Source of the DNA: Candidatus Staskawiczbacteria bacterium
Lineage (GTDB): Bacteria > Patescibacteriota > Minisyncoccia > Minisyncoccales > Staskawiczbacteraceae
Reading direction: 5' to 3'
Assembly (NCBI GenBank): GCA_026395175.1
Contig: JAPLZF010000017.1
Coordinates: 12,017-76,016 of the forward strand
Length of the DNA: 64,000 bases
Shown here: piece by piece, positions 59,766 through 64,000 of the stretch
Layout of the letters: every line of letters starts with the position of its first letter
Position numbering within the stretch: position 1 is the first letter of the stretch
Notes under the pieces: generated by a model
Databases searched by the model: none
What the model was told of the DNA's origin: nothing
Seen by the model: the letters and a program-made list of their open reading frames with translations, nothing else
Program-made: the position numbers and the translations under genes

Positions 59766-62246
59766 ATGTCTATAATTATTCCGGGTTTAATTTTAGTTTT
59801 TCTTTTGATTGTTTTGGCTTTTATTATGGTTTTAAATGCCGAAACAAACGAGAAAAATTCGGTTTTTGGAGGACTGGAGATGATTTTGTTTTTGGTTATG
59901 ATGCCAAAAAATCCTCCTAAAAAAGAAGGAGAAGCGCAAAAAGAGCAAAAAATTATGATTGCCCAGATGGAGCAGGTTTTTGCCAATTTTTTGTATTTGA
60001 AAAAACCGAGAATTTTTCAAGACTCGCCGGCAATCGCTTTTGAAATTGCCTCGCAAATTGGAAGCGCTGACATATCTTTTTATGTTGCGGTTCCAAAATA
60101 CTTGGAATCTGTTTTTGAAAAATATGTGCAGGGCGTTTATCCTAATGCCGTGGTTGACAAGGTTCCGCAGGATTACACAATTTTCGAGCCACAGGGAGCT
60201 TCAGCGGCCGCTTATTTAAAACTTTCAGAAAGCCCGCTTTTTCCAATAAGCACTTACCAAACCTTGGAAATGGATCCTCTGTCTTTGATAACAAATACTC
60301 TAAGCAAAATTTCAGCCAACGAAGGCGGAGCAGTTCAGGTTTTGATTAGGCCTTTGTCAAAATCAAATTTCAGGAAAAAAGGAGAAAAAGCCTTGAGAAA
60401 AATCAGGGAAGGAAAAGCTTTGAGAGTTGCTGTGCGCTGGGCAACTTATGGTTTTTTTATGCAGATAGTCGATGAATTGATATTAAATCCGCCGAAAGAT
60501 CCAAAAAAAGATCCTTCAAATCCAACCGCCAATCCAATGATGAGAAGAGAGCAGGGATTCGACCAAAAAGGTTACGACGCCATACAAAGCAAAATTCAAA
60601 AACAGCCTTTTGAAGTTGACATAAGAGTTGTTGCATCCGCCCAATCAGAAGGAAGAGCTGAAGAAATTTTAGACCATTTGGCGTCGGCTTTCAGCCAATT
60701 TTCTTTGTCGGCAATAAACAGCTTGGAACCAAAAAAAGTTTCTAAAAGGGAATTGCGAAAATTAATTTACGATTATAGCTTTAGGAATTTCAACCAAAGC
60801 CATTCAAACATTTTAAATTTGGAAGAACTGGCGAGCATCTATCATTTTCCGTCGCATTATGTTGAAACTCCGTACATCAAAGCTGCAAAATCAATAACAG
60901 CGGCTCCGCCGACTGATTTGCCCGAGCAAGGCGAAATTTGCATTGGAAAAGTTAATTTTAGGAACGAAGAGAAAAAAGTTTATTTTGCCGACAAGCAGGA
61001 CAGACGAAGGCATTTATATATTATTGGGCAAACTGGCACCGGCAAATCTGCTTTTATGGAAGGAATGATTGCTCAAGATATTTTAAATGGCGAAGGAGTT
61101 GCCGTGGTTGACCCGCATGGAGAGCTGGTTGAGCATGTTTTGGCAATGATTCCAAAAGAAAGAATTGATGATGTTGTAATTTTTGAGCCTTCGGACATAG
61201 AAAGGCCGTGCGGTTTGAATATGTTAGAATACGACAGTCCCGAGCAAAAAGATTTTGCGGTGCAGGAAATGATTGCAATTTTTATGAAACTTTTTCCGCC
61301 CGAAATTATTGGGCCAATGTTTGAGCATTATATGAGAAACGCAATGCTGGCGTTGATGGCAGACAAAAATAATCCCGGAACTTTGGTTGAAATTCCAAAA
61401 ATGTTTACCGATCCGACGTTTTTGCAGACACGATTGGCAAAAGTTTCAGACCCCATTGTGCGAAGTTTTTGGACAAAAGAATGGGCGCAGACAACCGGAA
61501 GCACAAGGTCTGATATGTTGGGATATGTTGTTTCAAAACTTGGCAGATTTATTGAAAATGAAATGATGAGAAATATAATTGGACAGTCGCATTCCGGGTT
61601 TGACTTGGCTGAAATTATGGATAAGAAAAAAATATTTTTGGCAAATTTGTCCAAAGGTTTAACCGGAGAAGTAAACAGCTCTTTGTTGGGTCTAATTCTA
61701 ATTTCAAAAATACAAATGGCGGCAATGCGACGCGCAAGAGTTGCAGAAGAGTTGAGAACAGATTTTTATTTGTATGTTGACGAATTCCAAAATTTTACAA
61801 CCGATTCAATTTCCACAATTTTGTCTGAGGCCAGAAAATACAAATTGAATTTGATAATGGCGCACCAATATATGCCTCAGTTGAAGCAAGAAATTAGAGA
61901 CGCTGTTTTGGGAAACGTGGGCACGATTGGCGCGTTTCGCATTGGCGCTGAAGATGCCGAAAATCTGCAAAAGCAATTCGAGCCCGGGTTTTCAAGGTTT
62001 GACTTGGTGAATTTGGACAACTTCAACGTGATAATCAAAATGATGATAAATAATAAAACTTCCACTCCGTTTAAAATGCAGACTTTGCCTCCGCCGAAAG
62101 GCAAACCGGAAATTGTTGAGGCAATCAAGAAAATTTCAAAACTAAAATATTCCCGCGCCAAAGCAATTGTAGAGGAAGAAATCACCCAGCGTTCTTTTGC
62201 CGAATTGCCACCCATGCAACCGCCAGTTCCTCCGCCTAAGCAATAG
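59766..62246 (+). CDS. Type IV secretion coupling-protein-like ATPase (VirD4/TraG/TraD family), membrane-anchored
   Basis: N-terminal TM IIIPGLILVFLLIVLAFIMVL, Walker A IIGQTGTGKSAF, DPHGELVEHVL, Walker B-like FYLYVDEFQNF, and LIMAHQYMPQL. The start was trimmed to the ATG at 59766, outside the repeat. Confidence 0.75.
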   Translation: MSIIIPGLILVFLLIVLAFIMVLNAETNEKNSVFGGLEMILFLVMMPKNPPKKEGEAQKEQKIMIAQMEQVFANFLYLKKPRIFQDSPAIAFEIASQIGSADISFYVAVPKYLESVFEKYVQGVYPNAVVDKVPQDYTIFEPQGASAAAYLKLSESPLFPISTYQTLEMDPLSLITNTLSKISANEGGAVQVLIRPLSKSNFRKKGEKALRKIREGKALRVAVRWATYGFFMQIVDELILNPPKDPKKDPSNPTANPMMRREQGFDQKGYDAIQSKIQKQPFEVDIRVVASAQSEGRAEEILDHLASAFSQFSLSAINSLEPKKVSKRELRKLIYDYSFRNFNQSHSNILNLEELASIYHFPSHYVETPYIKAAKSITAAPPTDLPEQGEICIGKVNFRNEEKKVYFADKQDRRRHLYIIGQTGTGKSAFMEGMIAQDILNGEGVAVVDPHGELVEHVLAMIPKERIDDVVIFEPSDIERPCGLNMLEYDSPEQKDFAVQEMIAIFMKLFPPEIIGPMFEHYMRNAMLALMADKNNPGTLVEIPKMFTDPTFLQTRLAKVSDPIVRSFWTKEWAQTTGSTRSDMLGYVVSKLGRFIENEMMRNIIGQSHSGFDLAEIMDKKKIFLANLSKGLTGEVNSSLLGLILISKIQMAAMRRARVAEELRTDFYLYVDEFQNFTTDSISTILSEARKYKLNLIMAHQYMPQLKQEIRDAVLGNVGTIGAFRIGAEDAENLQKQFEPGFSRFDLVNLDNFNVIIKMMINNKTSTPFKMQTLPPPKGKPEIVEAIKKISKLKYSRAKAIVEEEITQRSFAELPPMQPPVPPPKQ

Positions 62247-62260
62247 TAAAATAAAATTTT

Positions 62261-64000
62261 ATGACCAAAATCCCAAAGACAATAAAAATAAACGCATTTT
62301 TGTTTTGCGCTGTTTTTTTGTTTTTAGGACTGGCTGGACAAGCTTTCGCCGCCACTTATTACGTGGCTAAAACCGGCAGTGATTCTGCCGACGGTTCACA
62401 AGGCAGTCCATGGCTGACCATTCAGCATGCGGTTAACATTGCTGACGCAGGAGATACCGTCAATGTGCTTTCAGGCACATATTATGAAAAAGTAAATTTT
62501 ACAAAAAGCGGAACCGCTGGAAATCCCATAACCTTTCAAAGCAGTCCCGAAGGCGCCGCGATTATTGACGGCACCGGACTAACGTTTGTATCATGGGAAG
62601 GTCTGGTGACGATAACAGGCGCTAGTTACATTACAATATCGGGGTTTGAAATACGCAATTCAGGCTGGTATAACATCCTTCTCAAAGGGGATGCCACGCA
62701 CACCAGGCTGCTGAACCTTGATGTGCATAATGACTTAGGCGAAGACCAAATAGACATTAACGGACCTATCACAAAACCAGCCTTTTCGGTAATATCGGGT
62801 TGTAAAGTGCACGACGGTCCAGGCGGCGGAATCAATTTGTGGCAGGGCGGAGGCGGTTATTGGCTGGTAGAGAATAATGAAGTTTACAATAATGCCGGCG
62901 CCGGCAACTACGACGGTATACAGGTAGAGGGCGGTGGCAATATGCACCACATAATTATCAAGAACAACTTAATTCATGACAATGCTTCGTCGGATAATGG
63001 TGAAGGAGGAGCCGACAATCTTGACCTGACGAGTGGCCGATTAACTCATCATTATTTGGTGGAAGGCAATGATATTTACGGAAGCGAGGGATCGTTCAAG
63101 CTTCACAGCGGCGCTAAATACACGCCGGGCGTATCATCTTTTCATATAGCCCGATTTAATCGGTTAACGGGCTTAGAATATGTGTGCTATGGTTTCCCAA
63201 ATCCAATAGTCCTCTATAACAACACTTTTGTCGATGCCGGCCAGTTTGTGCATTTTTCCGGAGATGGGGGGTCAAAGGTTAACACCATGGGCGACTCAAC
63301 CTATACCGGTGGCGATACCGGCAGGATGAACTTCAAGAATAATATCTTTTTCCAGGAGAAACCCAGTTATGCCTATGCGCTTATTGTAGAGCCAGATGGG
63401 TGGAACGTAAACGTTACTTACGCGTCTGTGCGTATGCAGCATTCGCTTTATAGAATGACAAACAACCAGTGGGGTTGGGGTACAGTTTTCGATTTATACG
63501 AACCAATGACTCCAGAGTTTTTTGCCGATTTTCAAGCCTCCGGCGCCCCGGATTATCCCGACACCGGAAGCATTCTCACCACCACCGACGCTTCCCAGAA
63601 CTTCGTCGGTTACGCCACCAAAGACTACCACCTTACATCCACCAGCCCCGCAATTGACGCAGGAATGGCTTTAACCACAGCAACCAGCTCTGGCACCAAC
63701 TCCACAACATTAGTTGTTGACCGAGCCAGCTATTTCTTCGACGGCTATTGCGTCAACGGAGAGTGTTTGGACACCCCAGACTCCATTGTAGTCGGAAGCA
63801 ACCTTACTCCTGTCCAAATTGTTTCTATCACAGATTCCACCAACACCATCACATTAGCTTCACCAAGGACATGGTCTTCAGGCGACCCTGTTACTTTAGC
63901 TTACAGCGGTTCAGCCCCGGACATTGGAGCATTCGAGTATGATTCAGGATATGTATACACTCCACCTGCTTGCACCCCCAGCTGGTCGTGCGGTTCATGG
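62261..64000 (+). CDS. Secreted right-handed beta-helix (pectin-lyase-fold) protein, partial (continues beyond window end)
   Basis: Hand translation: the ATG at 62261 stays open for 580 codons to base 64000; not in the ORF track. Signal peptide ...LGLAGQAFA. ATYYVAKTGSDSADGSQGSPWLTIQHAVNIADAGDTVNV is a typical beta-helix N-cap. DYHLTSTSPAIDAG. Confidence 0.75.
   Translation, partial: MTKIPKTIKINAFLFCAVFLFLGLAGQAFAATYYVAKTGSDSADGSQGSPWLTIQHAVNIADAGDTVNVLSGTYYEKVNFTKSGTAGNPITFQSSPEGAAIIDGTGLTFVSWEGLVTITGASYITISGFEIRNSGWYNILLKGDATHTRLLNLDVHNDLGEDQIDINGPITKPAFSVISGCKVHDGPGGGINLWQGGGGYWLVENNEVYNNAGAGNYDGIQVEGGGNMHHIIIKNNLIHDNASSDNGEGGADNLDLTSGRLTHHYLVEGNDIYGSEGSFKLHSGAKYTPGVSSFHIARFNRLTGLEYVCYGFPNPIVLYNNTFVDAGQFVHFSGDGGSKVNTMGDSTYTGGDTGRMNFKNNIFFQEKPSYAYALIVEPDGWNVNVTYASVRMQHSLYRMTNNQWGWGTVFDLYEPMTPEFFADFQASGAPDYPDTGSILTTTDASQNFVGYATKDYHLTSTSPAIDAGMALTTATSSGTNSTTLVVDRASYFFDGYCVNGECLDTPDSIVVGSNLTPVQIVSITDSTNTITLASPRTWSSGDPVTLAYSGSAPDIGAFEYDSGYVYTPPACTPSWSCGSW

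Noticed and set aside
1-64000. Whether an alternative genetic code applies (UGA read as Gly or Trp, as in some CPR lineages and Mollicutes).
   Set aside because: TGA terminates conserved genes at their expected C-termini (for example rsmH), and long ORFs are intact under the standard code.

Overview
The window is gene-dense and low in GC. Hand counts give roughly 30-42% G+C in typical genes. The standard genetic code applies, since TGA closes conserved genes. Most genes lack a Shine-Dalgarno sequence. Gene content and protein style suggest a reduced-genome Candidate Phyla Radiation / Patescibacteria (Parcubacteria-like) bacterium; this placement is inference from memory, as no searches were possible.

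Layout:
- 1-6442 (minus strand): a four-gene operon of large secreted or surface proteins. It includes a 1320-aa protein with two NHL-type propeller arrays and a fibre-like protein.
- 6.6-11.3 kb: housekeeping genes rpmF-nusB-rnc-rpsP, a KH-domain gene, trmD, tRNA-Tyr, tRNA-Thr, and an rpmG that is frameshifted at an A7 run.
- 11.9-25.7 kb: a type IV pilus locus with a response regulator, pilB, an NYN-domain gene, pilC, a 1091-aa pilin-like lectin protein, a minor pilin, a PilX-like gene, an NHL protein and pilMNO.
- 25.8-36.6 kb: tRNA-Trp, mltG, L10 leader-rplJ-rplL, tRNA-Val, a membrane-anchored Clp-like ATPase, mraZ-rsmH-ftsL-ftsI and tRNA-Glu.
- 36.7-41.3 kb: three transporters.
- 41.3-48.5 kb: peptidoglycan-binding secreted proteins, a PaaX-like regulator cassette, rmuC, rplU, and a dockerin-like / cohesin-like surface gene pair.
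- 48.7-51.3 kb: an orphan pyrB-like gene, prmC and a degenerate PurE-like gene.
- 51.3-58.6 kb: a PD-(D/E)XK nuclease and a MacA/ABC/two-permease efflux locus interrupted twice.
- 59.8-64 kb: a VirD4/TraG-like coupling ATPase and a partial beta-helix protein.

Both window edges carry long partial ORFs that the supplied ORF track omits.

Most notable observations:
- The giant pilin-lectin fusion in the pilus locus.
- Five GC-rich, Shine-Dalgarno-led mini-islands wedged into conserved operons. One is an antisense pair whose second gene encodes a 31-aa hydrophobic peptide.
- A 73-nt palindromic element present three times, each 9-12 nt upstream of a start codon.
- Two candidate contingency repeats: a G9 tract in a promoter spacer and (TTTAG)x20.
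- Two PaaX-like genes, each bracketed by its own pair of palindromes.

All family assignments are motif recognition by eye and need HMM or structure confirmation.
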